Assembly: GCA_016183765.1 (NCBI GenBank)
Contig: JACPEA010000007.1
Span: forward strand, 152,076 to 216,075
DNA: 64,000 nt
Direction of reading: 5' to 3'
Origin: Bacteroidota bacterium
GTDB lineage: Bacteria; Bacteroidota; Bacteroidia; Chitinophagales; Chitinophagaceae
Part shown: positions 1-10,728 of the stretch, one piece after another
How positions within the stretch are numbered: position 1 is the stretch's first letter
How the letters are laid out: every line of letters begins with the position of its first letter
Made by a program: the position numbers and the translations under genes
The notes under the pieces: generated by a model
Told to the model about the DNA's origin: nothing
The model's database searches: none
What the model saw: only the letters and a program-made list of their open reading frames with translations

Positions 1-1
1 A

Positions 2-709
2 TCGCTGTCTTTATCGCTGAACAAACCGCTGATCGCGGTGCATCATATGCAGGCCCATGTGCTGGCCAACCTGATAGGCGAGGAGCGGCCTACATTCCCC
101 TTCCTCTGTTTGACCGTGAGTGGCGGTCATACACAGATCGTACTGGCGCGTTCGCCGCTTGACCTGGAAGTGATCGGTGAAACGATCGATGACGCTGCTG
201 GTGAGGCTTTTGATAAGAGTGCCAAATTACTGGGACTACCTTATCCCGGCGGTCCGCTGATCGACAAATATGCGAAAGAGGGGAACCCGCTGGCATTCAA
301 GTTCGCGGAGCCACAGATCCCTGAACTCAATTTCTCTTTCAGCGGGTTGAAGACCTCTGTTCTATACTTTCTGCAGAAACAGGAACCCGGTTTTATCCAG
401 GATAACCTTGCCGATATCTGTGCTTCGGTTCAATATACCATCATCAGCATTTTACTACGGAAACTGAAGAAAGCGGTTCAGCAAACCGGGGTGCGCCAGG
501 TTTGTATAGCAGGTGGTGTAAGCGCCAACAGCGGCCTGCGCAAAGCCCTGCAGGAAGCGGGCGTAAAACATGGCTGGGAAACCTTCATACCCAAATTCGA
601 ATACTGCACCGATAACGCCGCCATGATCGCCATTACGGCCTATTACAAATACCAGGCTGGCGAATTCACCGACCTCTCAGCAGGCCCCAGCGCCAGGGCG
701 GAATGGTAG
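2..709 (+). CDS. tsaD: tRNA N6-adenosine threonylcarbamoyltransferase TsaD (5'-truncated by the window edge)
   Basis: Open frame from base 2. Motifs HHMQAH, VSGGHT, DDAAGEAFDK, FSFSGLKT, GGVSAN and CTDNAAMI are typical of the TsaD/Kae1 family. Confidence 0.95.
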   Translation, partial: SLSLSLNKPLIAVHHMQAHVLANLIGEERPTFPFLCLTVSGGHTQIVLARSPLDLEVIGETIDDAAGEAFDKSAKLLGLPYPGGPLIDKYAKEGNPLAFKFAEPQIPELNFSFSGLKTSVLYFLQKQEPGFIQDNLADICASVQYTIISILLRKLKKAVQQTGVRQVCIAGGVSANSGLRKALQEAGVKHGWETFIPKFEYCTDNAAMIAITAYYKYQAGEFTDLSAGPSARAEW

Positions 710-810
710 ATCATTATTAATTAGAAATTAATAATTAGTAATTAGTAATGCACAACTTGTCTGCAGGAGGCGTCGTTTTTCACTACTTACTACTTACTAC
801 TTACTACTCG
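710..810. repeat. Intergenic short tandem repeats (AATTAGT-like and TACTTAC 7-mers)
   Basis: aattagaaattaataattagtaattagtaa and ctacttactacttactacttactac lie between two convergent genes. Confidence 0.8.
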
Positions 811-812
811 TT

Positions 813-1652
813 CTAATACTTCATCTCATTCAACTTCTCTGTCGGGTTCATCATATAGGTGATCATTGAGGTATCTTCCAGCAGTTCCACTACGCGGAAA
901 CCTTTGTAGGCTGTGCCCCAGTTGCCACCAACATGGGCGTCGAAGAAGAAGGGGATGTTGTTGCTCATCTTCACACCATCCTGGTCGTGCTCATGCCCGT
1001 GGAATACGGCTTTGAGGTTGGGATAGTTTTTGATAAGTTCAAAAAAAGCAGGCGTGTCGATGGCGTTTTTGGTCCACTTGGCCTGTGGTATGTGCAGGAA
1101 CAGGAAGACCTGTTTTTGCTGCCGGTGTTTATCCAGCGCCTGTTTCAGCCAGTCAAGGTCTGGTGAAAGGTATTTGCCCTCTTCATTGGAAGTATCTCCG
1201 AGGATGATGCCATGGTGTTTGATGGTGACATCATGGTTCAATGGGGTACCCCATACTTCCTGCCAGTAAGCGGGACTGACCATATCGTGGTTGCCGCGGG
1301 TGACATACCAGGGCATGGTGAGTTTGTCGAGCTGTTTTTTGGCAAGCGGCAGCAACTGTTTTTCGTTGTGGATGATATCGCCGTTGAACACGCAGAGATC
1401 GAGCGGGTTCTCTTGGTGAAAAGCGTTGATCTGGCCAATGACTTTTTCGATCATACCGTCAAAATCAGTCTGGGGTTGCCCGTAATGTGAGTCGGATGCC
1501 ACCACAAAACGCAGGCTTACTTTCCGGCGTAAGCGGTACACTTCTTCGGCCGAAAGCGCGCGAATGCCGCCCCCAAGCAGGAAGACAGAAGCGAAAGAGA
1601 CGTTCCGGATAAAAGACCGGCGGGAAACGGATGGGGTATTTTTTCCTGGCAT
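813..1652 (-). CDS. Calcineurin-like metallophosphoesterase with a twin-arginine (Tat-like) signal
   Basis: Likely start at 1652 (MPGKNTPSVSRRSFIR). Motifs DSH, GD, GNHD and GHEH. The longer 473 aa ORF-track extension overlaps the ABC-F gene antisense and is not real. Confidence 0.88.
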   Translation of the reverse strand: MPGKNTPSVSRRSFIRNVSFASVFLLGGGIRALSAEEVYRLRRKVSLRFVVASDSHYGQPQTDFDGMIEKVIGQINAFHQENPLDLCVFNGDIIHNEKQLLPLAKKQLDKLTMPWYVTRGNHDMVSPAYWQEVWGTPLNHDVTIKHHGIILGDTSNEEGKYLSPDLDWLKQALDKHRQQKQVFLFLHIPQAKWTKNAIDTPAFFELIKNYPNLKAVFHGHEHDQDGVKMSNNIPFFFDAHVGGNWGTAYKGFRVVELLEDTSMITYMMNPTEKLNEMKY

Positions 1653-1756
1653 TTGCTGAAAATTAAAGCGTAAACTTATCTTTTTTTCGGGTTCTGACAG
1701 GTTCGGGGGAGCATTGATAACTTTAAGTTCATCCCTCAAAATCCGTTGGTAAGTCT

Positions 1757-1764
1757 TACTTTTG
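1757..1764 (+). promoter_or_regulatory. Bacteroidota primary-sigma -7 element upstream of the ABC-F gene
   Basis: TACTTTTG matches TAnnTTTG, about 24 nt before the ATG at 1788. Confidence 0.6.
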
Positions 1765-1784
1765 CCGCCGAAAACAGCGTTTGA

Positions 1785-3413
<1,629 letters not shown>

Positions 3414-3457
3414 GTAAGCAAAGTATATATAGTATATAAAGTAAATAAGTATATATG

Positions 3458-3480
3458 AGGGCCGGGATTCCGGCCTTTGT
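3458..3480 (+). terminator. Putative intrinsic terminator after the ABC-F gene
   Basis: Hairpin ggccgg-gatt-ccggcc followed by tttgt. Confidence 0.55.
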
Positions 3481-3618
3481 GTTGGCGGAGGAGTAGGGTG
3501 ATAGGGTTGTACTATCCCGGGAGAAACGGAAAATGTGGATAAACCTGGAAAAATCAGATTTCCAAGCAGGTTTTCTACCCGTTTGTGAAGAAAATATTTA
3601 AAAAAAGGGTTTCTGATG

Positions 3619-3648
3619 TTGGTTTTTTGGCGCATTTCCTTACCTTTG
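3619..3648 (+). promoter_or_regulatory. Promoter of the rpmB-rpmG operon
   Basis: TTG at 3619-3621, a 19 nt spacer, then TACCTTTG at 3641-3648. This is the Bacteroidota -33/-7 arrangement. Confidence 0.7.
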
Positions 3649-3681
3649 CCTCCCGAAAAAATCGGAAAAAAATTCAGAGTC

Positions 3682-3918
3682 ATGGCAAGAGTATGTCAGG
3701 TTACAGGTAAAAAGCCCATCGTTGGTAACAGTGTTTCTCACTCAAACATCAAAACCAAGCGTCGTTTCTTACCTAATTTACAAAAGAAGCGTTTCTTTTT
3801 TGCTGAGGAAGACCGTTGGGTAACCATTAAAGTATCAGCAGATGCATTGAGGACCATCAACAAGAATGGTCTGTCTACTGTGATCAAATCCATGAGGGCA
3901 GAAGGCGTTAAAATCTAA
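3682..3918 (+). CDS. rpmB: 50S ribosomal protein L28
   Basis: [34 protein letters not shown]; start ATG at 3682. Confidence 0.97.
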   Translation: MARVCQVTGKKPIVGNSVSHSNIKTKRRFLPNLQKKRFFFAEEDRWVTIKVSADALRTINKNGLSTVIKSMRAEGVKI

Positions 3919-3947
3919 CTTATTCACAAAGCAAACTACGCAATACA

Positions 3948-4130
3948 ATGGCAAGGAAAGGTAACAGGGTGCAGGTGATTTTGGAATGTACAGAGCATAA
4001 GACCAGCGGTCAGCCCGGTACAAGCCGTTATATCACTACCAAAAACAAGAAAAACACACCTGAGCGTGTGGAGTTAAAGAAGTATAACCCGATTCTGAAA
4101 AAAGTAACTGTTCATAAAGAAATCAAATAA
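3948..4130 (+). CDS. rpmG: 50S ribosomal protein L33
   Basis: [18 protein letters not shown]...[19 protein letters not shown]. Confidence 0.97.
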   Translation: MARKGNRVQVILECTEHKTSGQPGTSRYITTKNKKNTPERVELKKYNPILKKVTVHKEIK

Positions 4131-4132
4131 TC

Positions 4133-4306
4133 ATGGCTAAAGTAGCTTCTAAAAACGCGAAAGTAAAAGACCTTAAGGCTGCAGCTGAAGCAAAGAACTG
4201 GACCAAAGTGATCAAGGCTGTACGCAGTCCTAAATCCGGTGCCTATACTTTCAAAGAGCAGATCATCCACAAGGATAAGATCAAGGATTTCCTGTCTGAG
4301 AAATAA
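4133..4306 (+). CDS. Small conserved Bacteroidota protein (DUF4295-like), 57 aa, missed by the ORF track
   Basis: Translated by hand: MAKVASKNAKVKDLKAAAEAKNWTKVIKAVRSPKSGAYTFKEQIIHKDKIKDFLSEK. It occupies the usual position between rpmG and ftsY. Confidence 0.88.
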   Translation: MAKVASKNAKVKDLKAAAEAKNWTKVIKAVRSPKSGAYTFKEQIIHKDKIKDFLSEK

Positions 4307-4330
4307 TTGATCCCGGCGTATAAGATATTC

Positions 4331-4365
4331 AGAAAGCTTTCCCCTTTGTGTGGAAGGCTTTTTGT
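4331..4365 (+). terminator. Putative terminator of the rpmB-rpmG-DUF4295 operon
   Basis: Imperfect hairpin aaagctttcc...ggaaggcttt followed by ttgt. Confidence 0.5.
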
Positions 4366-4421
4366 ATTTAAACGCAAGGGAATTTGGGAATGAGCTAATT
4401 TGATAATTTGAAAATTCAGCT

Positions 4422-5384
4422 ATGAGTTTTTTAGGCAAACTGTTTGGCAAAAAGGAAAAAGAGAGTTTAGACCAGGGACTGGAAAAGACCAAGGAGAGTT
4501 TTTTCTCCAAGATCACCAAAGCCATTGCCGGCAAGAGTACGGTGGATGAGGAAGTGCTGGACAACCTGGAAGAAGCCCTGGTAAGCGCAGATGTGGGCAT
4601 TGAGACCACCATCCGGATCATTGAGCAGGTAGAAAAGCGGGTGAAACAGGACAAGTATGTGAACACCGAAGAGCTGAACAGGATATTGCAGGAAGAGATC
4701 GCTGCCATGCTGGTGGATGCAGCGGAACAGTCGTACAAGGACTTTGGCATTCCCGAAGGCAAAAAGCCCTATGTGATCCTGGTTGTTGGGGTGAATGGCG
4801 TAGGCAAAACCACCACCATCGGCAAACTGGCGCATAACTATAAAAAAGCCGGTAAAAGCGTGGTATTGGGTGCCGCGGATACGTTCCGTGCGGCTGCGGT
4901 TGACCAGTTGACCATCTGGAGCGAAAGGGTGGGTGTACCCATTGTAAAACAGGCCATGGGTTCAGACCCCAGCGCTGTGGCTTACGATACCGTTGCCAGT
5001 GCGGTTGCCAAAGGAGCGGATGTGGCCATCATTGATACGGCAGGACGTTTGCATAACAAAGCCCACCTGATGGATGAGCTGGCCAAGATTAAAAGGGCGA
5101 TCCAGAAGATCGTTCCCGGTGCGCCGCACGAAGTGATGCTGGTGCTGGACGGCTCTACCGGTCAGAATGCGTTGGAGCAGGCCAAACAATTCACGGCAAC
5201 CACAGATGTATCCGCCATTTCCATTACCAAACTGGACGGTACCGCCAAAGGCGGCGTAGTACTGGCCATCGCCAATCAATTCAAAATCCCCGTAAAATAT
5301 ATCGGCGTAGGAGAAAAGATCGATGACCTGATCATCTTTGATAAAAATGAGTTTGTAGACAGTCTCTTCAATTTGAATAAATAA
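4422..5384 (+). CDS. ftsY: Signal recognition particle receptor FtsY
   Basis: [39 protein letters not shown]. Confidence 0.97.
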   Translation: MSFLGKLFGKKEKESLDQGLEKTKESFFSKITKAIAGKSTVDEEVLDNLEEALVSADVGIETTIRIIEQVEKRVKQDKYVNTEELNRILQEEIAAMLVDAAEQSYKDFGIPEGKKPYVILVVGVNGVGKTTTIGKLAHNYKKAGKSVVLGAADTFRAAAVDQLTIWSERVGVPIVKQAMGSDPSAVAYDTVASAVAKGADVAIIDTAGRLHNKAHLMDELAKIKRAIQKIVPGAPHEVMLVLDGSTGQNALEQAKQFTATTDVSAISITKLDGTAKGGVVLAIANQFKIPVKYIGVGEKIDDLIIFDKNEFVDSLFNLNK

Positions 5385-5503
5385 AAGAACAGATGAGCAA
5401 GGAACCGAAGAACAGATGAACGGAAGTATTAGATACTGCTTATCCGTTCATCTGTTCCTTGTTCGTCTGTTCATCTGTTCTTCTGTTCGTCTGTTCATCT
5501 GTT
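5385..5503. repeat. GAACAGATG-type 9-mer repeats arranged as an inverted pair between convergent genes
   Basis: The left half repeats gaacagatg and the right half repeats catctgttc. The same unit recurs at about 63952-63985. Confidence 0.85.
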
Positions 5504-5980
5504 CTAAAAGGTATACCTGATTGCCAATCCTCCCCAGCCACCTTCAAAATAGTTGTAGCCGATGATGTTGAATGAGGGCTGCCAGTCGAAGCTAAGGTTC
5601 AACGGGGCTCCTTTGATCTTGTAATCCAGTCCCAATACCCCATCCACGCCGATGGCCAGTCCGTTTTCACGGGTAGGATAACGGTTTTTCCAGCTATCGC
5701 TCCAGACACCTACGTGTCCACCGCCACCCACGTACCATTTCAGTCCTTCCACATTTCCCAGGTTATTGTGGATCTCGTAAAGCCCGGTAAGCCGGAAACC
5801 GTCGGAGGAGATATAGCCCAATCCTTCGATCGCGTTTCTGTTGATAAAGTGTTTAACGGTAACGGCACCGGGATATACTTTTACACCCAGGGCGGTACGG
5901 TAATCGGTTCCCATGTTCTGTTGTGCCTGCGTCTGTACAAAGCCTGTAAGTATCAGCGCTACTACAAATAGTCGTTTCAT
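5504..5980 (-). CDS. Small exported protein, probable outer-membrane beta-barrel
   Basis: Sec signal (MKRLFVVALILTGFVQTQAQ), amphipathic beta-strands and a C-terminal aromatic IRYTF. Confidence 0.75.
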   Translation of the reverse strand: MKRLFVVALILTGFVQTQAQQNMGTDYRTALGVKVYPGAVTVKHFINRNAIEGLGYISSDGFRLTGLYEIHNNLGNVEGLKWYVGGGGHVGVWSDSWKNRYPTRENGLAIGVDGVLGLDYKIKGAPLNLSFDWQPSFNIIGYNYFEGGWGGLAIRYTF

Positions 5981-6082
5981 AAGCGTATTTTATCTCCTTT
6001 AATACAAAACCGTGCCAGAAATATAAAATGATCTCTCAAAGAATAGTTAAGGTTCAGATGCGGCTGTTTTTGGTTTTATAAT

Positions 6083-6090
6083 TAGGTTTG
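6083..6090 (+). promoter_or_regulatory. -7 promoter element whose last G lies 5 nt before the ATG of the polyprenyl synthetase
   Basis: TAGGTTTG at 6083-6090; ATG at 6095. Confidence 0.6.
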
Positions 6091-6094
6091 TAGC

Positions 6095-7060
6095 ATGCAT
6101 ACATTTAAAGAACTGGTAGCCGGTTTTGGAGAGCGTTTTGGTGTGAGGCATTTTCCGGAAACACCGGCAAGTCTGTACGAACCGGGTGAGTATTTTTTAT
6201 CCTGGGGAGGAAAACGTATCCGCCCGGTCATGTGTTTGATGGGCAATGAACTGTTTGCCGAGATCAGTAAAGATACCTGGCATGTGGCCACGGCTGTGGA
6301 ATTGTTCCACAACTTTACCCTGATCCACGATGATATCATGGATCAAGCGCCACTTCGCAGGGGCATGGAAACGGTACATGTGAAGTATGGGGTGAATACT
6401 GCGTTGCTGACGGGTGATGTGATGATGATCCGCGCCTATGAGTACCTGAACCTGGTAACCCCGCAGTACCTGCCGCGTATACTGGAACTGTTTAACCGCA
6501 CTGCCAGGGAAGTGTGCGAAGGTCAGCAGCTGGATATCGATTTCGAAAAAATGCCCGATGTGTCGCTGGATGCCTATATCCACATGATCAGTCTGAAGAC
6601 ATCCGTATTACTCGCAGCTACACTGGAAATGGGTGCCATACTGGGCGGCGCCAGCGAAGGCAACTGCAGGCATATCTATGAATTCGGAAAAAACCTGGGT
6701 ATCGCTTTCCAGGTGCAGGACGATTACCTGGATGCTTTTGGCGATCCGGAGAAATTCGGCAAGGAAGTAGGCGGGGATATCCGCCAGAATAAAAAGACCT
6801 TCCTGCTCATCCGTGCACAGGAACTGGCCAATGCGGAGCAGAAAAAAACACTGGAAACGCTGATGCAGCAGAACCCGGCCGATAAGGTGGAAAAAGTGCT
6901 GGACATTTTCCGCCAGTGCGGCGTAGATGCCTGGGCGGTGCAACTGAAAGAAAAATACTTACAAACGGCACTGAAACACCTGGAAGACATAGCCGTAGTA
7001 TCCAGCCGCAAAAAACCGCTGGAAGAACTGGCGTCTTTTTTAATTCAACGGGAGTACTGA
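6095..7060 (+). CDS. Polyprenyl (isoprenyl) diphosphate synthase
   Basis: GGKRIRP, HDDIMD (first aspartate-rich motif), GQQLD, LKTSVL, FQVQDDYLD (second aspartate-rich motif). Confidence 0.93.
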   Translation: MHTFKELVAGFGERFGVRHFPETPASLYEPGEYFLSWGGKRIRPVMCLMGNELFAEISKDTWHVATAVELFHNFTLIHDDIMDQAPLRRGMETVHVKYGVNTALLTGDVMMIRAYEYLNLVTPQYLPRILELFNRTAREVCEGQQLDIDFEKMPDVSLDAYIHMISLKTSVLLAATLEMGAILGGASEGNCRHIYEFGKNLGIAFQVQDDYLDAFGDPEKFGKEVGGDIRQNKKTFLLIRAQELANAEQKKTLETLMQQNPADKVEKVLDIFRQCGVDAWAVQLKEKYLQTALKHLEDIAVVSSRKKPLEELASFLIQREY

Positions 7061-7074
7061 TGGGGAAGGGGAGT

Positions 7075-7265
7075 CGTTAAAATAGTTAAAAGGGTTAAAA
7101 TAGTTAAAAGGGTTAAAGGGAGTTAAAATAGTTAAAGAAGGGAATTTCCTTTGGGTCATTTAACCCTTTTAACCAATTTAACCCAATTTACCCCCCCCCT
7201 TTAACCCCTTTTAACCCAATTTAACCCAGTTTAACTCCCTTTAACCCCCTTTAACCCCTTTAACT
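7075..7265. repeat. GGGTTAAA / TTTAACCC tandem repeats forming an inverted arrangement
   Basis: Repeated gttaaaa/gggttaaa units are followed by repeated ttaacccc/tttaaccc units. Confidence 0.85.
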
Positions 7266-7304
7266 TCCATACCTTCCTCTATCTCGATAACCAAAACCAA
7301 CTTC

Positions 7305-9002
7305 ATGTCTGATTCTGTTTTCAGGAAAAAATCAATAGATAAAATTGTGGCCGATTCTGCAGCCGGTTTGAGTGACGGGCACGGTGGTGGATTACGCAAA
7401 GTGCTGGGCGTGAAAGACCTTACTTTTATGGGTATAGCGGCGGTGATCGGTGCGGGTATATTCTCTACCATCGGTACGGCTGCCTTTAATGGCGGTCCGG
7501 GTATCGTGTTCCTGTTCATGATCACGGCGGTCACCTGTGGTTTCAGTGCCCTTTGTTATGCAGAATTTGCAAGCCGGGTGCCTATCGCCGGTAGTGCCTA
7601 TACCTATGCCTATGTTTCTTTTGGCGAGCTGGTAGCCTGGATCATTGGCTGGGCGCTGATACTGGAATATGCGATCGGTAATATCGTGGTGGCGATCAGC
7701 TGGAGCGGTTATTTCAACAACCTGCTGGAAGGGTTTCATATCGGACTTCCCGGCTGGCTGGCTACCAATGCCGGCAATGCACAGGTAGGATACGAGGAAG
7801 CCATGAAAGGACTTGCTGCCGGCCAGCCCCTGGAATCGTTGGGCAAGAATGCGAAAATGGGATATGATGCCATCATGCACGCGCCTGTGATCGGTGGCTG
7901 GAAGATGATCCTGAATATACCGGCGCTTGTGATCGTGTTCCTGATCACCATACTGGCTTATGTAGGGATCAAGGAAAGTAAGAAGAGCACCAACCTGATG
8001 GTGATCTTTAAGGTTTGTGTCATCATTTTCGTGATAGCCATCGGGTTCTTTTATGTGGACACCAAAAACTGGGATCCTTTTCTGCCCAATGGATTTGGCG
8101 GGGTACTGGCGGGTGTTTCTGCCGTATTCTATGCCTATATCGGGTTCGATGCGATCTCTACCACTGCTGAAGAATGTAAGAACCCGCAGCGCGATCTGCC
8201 CCGGGGTATGATCTATTCACTGCTGATCTGTACGGTACTGTATATCCTGATTGCGCTGGTATTGACGGGTATGGTGCATTTCAGCGAACTGAAAGTGGAT
8301 GACCCGCTGGCCTATGTGTTTGAAAAATTACACCTCAATAAGATCGGTTACCTGATATCGGTGAGTGCGGTGGTGGCCACTACCAGTGTATTGCTGGTGT
8401 TTCAGCTGGGCCAGCCGCGTATCTGGATGAGCATGAGTCGCGACGGACTTTTACCGAAAAAATTCGCCAAAGTGCATCCCAGGTTTCATACCCCATCTTT
8501 TGCAACGATCGTAACGGGATTCATGGTGGGGATCCCATCGTTGTTCGTATCCAGCAGCACGGTGACCGACCTGACCAGTATCGGAACCCTGTTCGCATTT
8601 GTACTGGTCTGCTTTGGCGTGTTGGTATTGCCTAAGCTGACCGATCCGAAACGGGCCGGCGCTTTCCGCTTGCCGTATATCAATGGTAAATACCTGATAC
8701 CCTTACTGGTGCTGCTGGTGATCTTCCTGTTCCGTGGCCGGATCGGGGATGCGCTTGCGAATATGGGATCGGAAAGTTACCAGGAAGTGCTGTTCCTGGT
8801 ATTCGTCGTGATCGCTGTGGTTACTGCTGTCAAGAGTTTTATCGGCAGTTATTCCGTGATCCCCGTGGTGGGAGCCTTGAGTTGTCTTTACCTGATGATC
8901 GAGATCCCCGCCATCAGCTGGCTCTGGTTTTTTGCCTGGATGGGATTGGGCCTGCTGATCTATTTCTTTTACGGGAGGAAACAGAGCAAACTGGCAGCTT
9001 AG
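7305..9002 (+). CDS. APC-family amino acid permease (cationic amino acid transporter-like)
   Basis: GIAAVIGAGIF, LCYAEFASRVPIAGSAYTY, GFDAISTTAEE and many TM helices. Confidence 0.92.
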   Translation: MSDSVFRKKSIDKIVADSAAGLSDGHGGGLRKVLGVKDLTFMGIAAVIGAGIFSTIGTAAFNGGPGIVFLFMITAVTCGFSALCYAEFASRVPIAGSAYTYAYVSFGELVAWIIGWALILEYAIGNIVVAISWSGYFNNLLEGFHIGLPGWLATNAGNAQVGYEEAMKGLAAGQPLESLGKNAKMGYDAIMHAPVIGGWKMILNIPALVIVFLITILAYVGIKESKKSTNLMVIFKVCVIIFVIAIGFFYVDTKNWDPFLPNGFGGVLAGVSAVFYAYIGFDAISTTAEECKNPQRDLPRGMIYSLLICTVLYILIALVLTGMVHFSELKVDDPLAYVFEKLHLNKIGYLISVSAVVATTSVLLVFQLGQPRIWMSMSRDGLLPKKFAKVHPRFHTPSFATIVTGFMVGIPSLFVSSSTVTDLTSIGTLFAFVLVCFGVLVLPKLTDPKRAGAFRLPYINGKYLIPLLVLLVIFLFRGRIGDALANMGSESYQEVLFLVFVVIAVVTAVKSFIGSYSVIPVVGALSCLYLMIEIPAISWLWFFAWMGLGLLIYFFYGRKQSKLAA

Positions 9003-9068
9003 GAATATCGAACGTTGAACAAGGAATGTTGAATGTTGAATGTGAATGTTGAATGTGAATGTTGAATT
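9003..9068. repeat. GAATGTT / GAATGT short tandem repeats
   Basis: gaacaaggaatgttgaatgttgaatgtgaatgttgaatgtgaatgttgaat; a near-identical unit recurs at about 63912-63950. Confidence 0.85.
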
Positions 9069-9126
9069 GGTGGGAAGCGAAACCGTCATGGTAGGGATAC
9101 TGGTGGGCAAAATCGCTTCTTATTTG

Positions 9127-9134
9127 TAATTTTG
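9127..9134 (+). promoter_or_regulatory. -7 promoter element whose last G lies 5 nt before the ATG of the Smr gene
   Basis: TAATTTTG at 9127-9134; ATG at 9139. Confidence 0.6.
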
Positions 9135-9138
9135 CCGT

Positions 9139-10164
9139 ATGAAATACCAGGTGGGTGATGAAATTATCGTACTGCTGAGCAATGAAGAGGGCAGGGTGGT
9201 AGAGATCATGAACGATCAGATGGTGATGATAGAAGTGCGGGGCGTAAAGTTCCCGGCTTATATGGACCAGATCGATTTTCCTTATTTCAAACGTTTTACG
9301 GAGAAAAAGCTCTTTGCCCAAAAGCCGGAGCCGAAAGTATATGTAGACCAGCTACCCAAAGAAAAACCCCAGCCCAACCAGATCAAAGTGGCAGATGGCG
9401 TGTGGTTATCATTCATTCCCAAATTCTCTCTCGACGATTTTAACGACGAAGTGGTTGACCTGCTCAAGATCCACCTGGTGAACAGGACCAATAAAGCCTA
9501 TCATTTTGTGTACACGCAGCAGTTCCTGGGTGAGACCGATTTTGAACTCCGTGCCGATATTGCTGCTTTCCATGATTTTTACCTGCACGATATCTCTTTT
9601 GAGCGCGTGAACGACAGTCCTTCCTTTGCTTTCGATTTTTCGCTGGTGAACCCCGAAAAAAAGAAAGCGCCGCATTTTGAAACTGCCCTTAAGCTGAAAC
9701 CCAAACAGGTGTTCAAACGTATTGAAGAAATGAAGGAGAACAACGAGCCGACCCTGTCGTACCAACTGTTCACCGACTACCCCGAAAAAACGGAAGAGCC
9801 ATATTTTGAACTGGGTTCGCTGGCCGCCAAAGGATTCAAAGTGTATGAAGCTTCCAAAGCCCGCCAGTACATGGAACCGGCCCGCTCGGTGGTGGACCTG
9901 CATATTGAAAAGCTGACCCATAGCTGGGAAAAACTGAGTAACCTGGAGATACTGGGCATACAGCTGAATGAGTTCCAGAAATGGTACGACCTGTCCATTG
10001 CCCATCACCAGCCGTCCCTGATCGTGATCCATGGGGTGGGTACCGGCAAACTGAAGGATGAGATCCACGATATCCTGAAGACCAAACGGGAGGTAAAAAC
10101 CTTCATCAACCAATACGACCCCCGCTTCGGCTACGGAGCCACCGAGATCTTTTTCCAGTACTAA
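9139..10164 (+). CDS. Smr/MutS2 C-terminal domain protein (Bacteroidota type)
   Basis: C-terminal VDLHIEKL ... VIHGVGTGKLK ... FGYGAT Smr signature; N-terminal KYQVGDEI SH3/KOW-like start. Confidence 0.88.
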   Translation: MKYQVGDEIIVLLSNEEGRVVEIMNDQMVMIEVRGVKFPAYMDQIDFPYFKRFTEKKLFAQKPEPKVYVDQLPKEKPQPNQIKVADGVWLSFIPKFSLDDFNDEVVDLLKIHLVNRTNKAYHFVYTQQFLGETDFELRADIAAFHDFYLHDISFERVNDSPSFAFDFSLVNPEKKKAPHFETALKLKPKQVFKRIEEMKENNEPTLSYQLFTDYPEKTEEPYFELGSLAAKGFKVYEASKARQYMEPARSVVDLHIEKLTHSWEKLSNLEILGIQLNEFQKWYDLSIAHHQPSLIVIHGVGTGKLKDEIHDILKTKREVKTFINQYDPRFGYGATEIFFQY

Positions 10165-10169
10165 TCCAA

Positions 10170-10237
10170 CATTCACTCATCCACTCATCCACTCATCCAC
10201 TCATTCACTCATTCACTCATTCACTCATTCACTCATT
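10170..10237. repeat. CACTCATT / CACTCATC 8-mer tandem repeat
   Basis: About eight tandem copies upstream of rnpB. Confidence 0.9.
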
Positions 10238-10248
10238 AAAAAGACCCG

Positions 10249-10256
10249 TATCTTTG
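10249..10256 (+). promoter_or_regulatory. rnpB promoter -7 element
   Basis: TATCTTTG ends 5-6 nt before the first P1 helix base of the RNA. Confidence 0.7.
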
Positions 10257-10261
10257 TATTT

Positions 10262-10634
10262 GCTACAAACCCGAACCATCGTGGCGCTTCAGGCGCCAAG
10301 GAAAGTCCGGACAGCGCAGGGCAACCCACCGGTTAAGCGCCGGCTTTCTGCAGTAATGCAGGAACGAGAAAGTGCCACAGAAAATAACTACCACACTTCG
10401 GTGTGGAAAAGGTGAAAATGTGAGGTAAAAGCTCACGGTCTTCCGTGGTAACACGGAACACGGGTAAACCTTGGGTGCTGTAATGCCATGTATAGGATCG
10501 TTCGAGGGCGGCTCGCTCAAGCCCGTGCTTTACGGCATGGCGCGGTCCAGGGTAGGCAGCAAGATCACGGCAGTAATGCCGGGGCCAGATAAATGATGGT
10601 GTAGAAACAGAATCCGGCTTATGAGGTTTGTAGC
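10262..10634 (+). ncRNA. rnpB: RNase P RNA (type A)
   Basis: P1 helix GCTACAAACC / GGTTTGTAGC. Conserved motifs AGGAAAGTCCGG, AAAGTGCCACAGAAA, GGTAAACC and ACAGAATCCGGCTTA. Confidence 0.96.
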
Positions 10635-10635
10635 T

Positions 10636-10708
10636 TTTTTTAGCTGCGGGCTGATAGCTGTGAGCTGCGAGCCAAACAAGCTCAGCGCTCACAGCTCATC
10701 GCTCATGG
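10636..10708. repeat. GAGCTGC-type 7-mer repeats in inverted arrangement (possible terminator-like hairpin)
   Basis: tagctgcgggctgatagctgtgagctgcgagcc ... gctcagcgctcacagctcatcgctcatggct. Confidence 0.6.
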
Positions 10709-10716
10709 CTTTCCCT

Positions 10717-10724
10717 TACATTTG
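10717..10724 (+). promoter_or_regulatory. -7 promoter element whose last G lies 5 nt before the prfB ATG
   Basis: TACATTTG at 10717-10724; ATG at 10729. Confidence 0.6.
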
Positions 10725-10728
10725 CAGC

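Noticed and set aside
3616-3681. N-terminal extension of L28 in the ORF track
   Set aside because: It overlaps the promoter. The conserved L28 start is MARVCQ at 3682.
7075-7265. Possible CRISPR array in the repeat-rich spacers (also 5385-5503, 10170-10237, 61500-61875)
   Set aside because: Units are 6-11 nt and tandem, with no unique spacers and no cas genes.
10263-10692. ORFs of 85 and 119 aa on the minus strand
   Set aside because: They lie antisense to the RNase P RNA gene.
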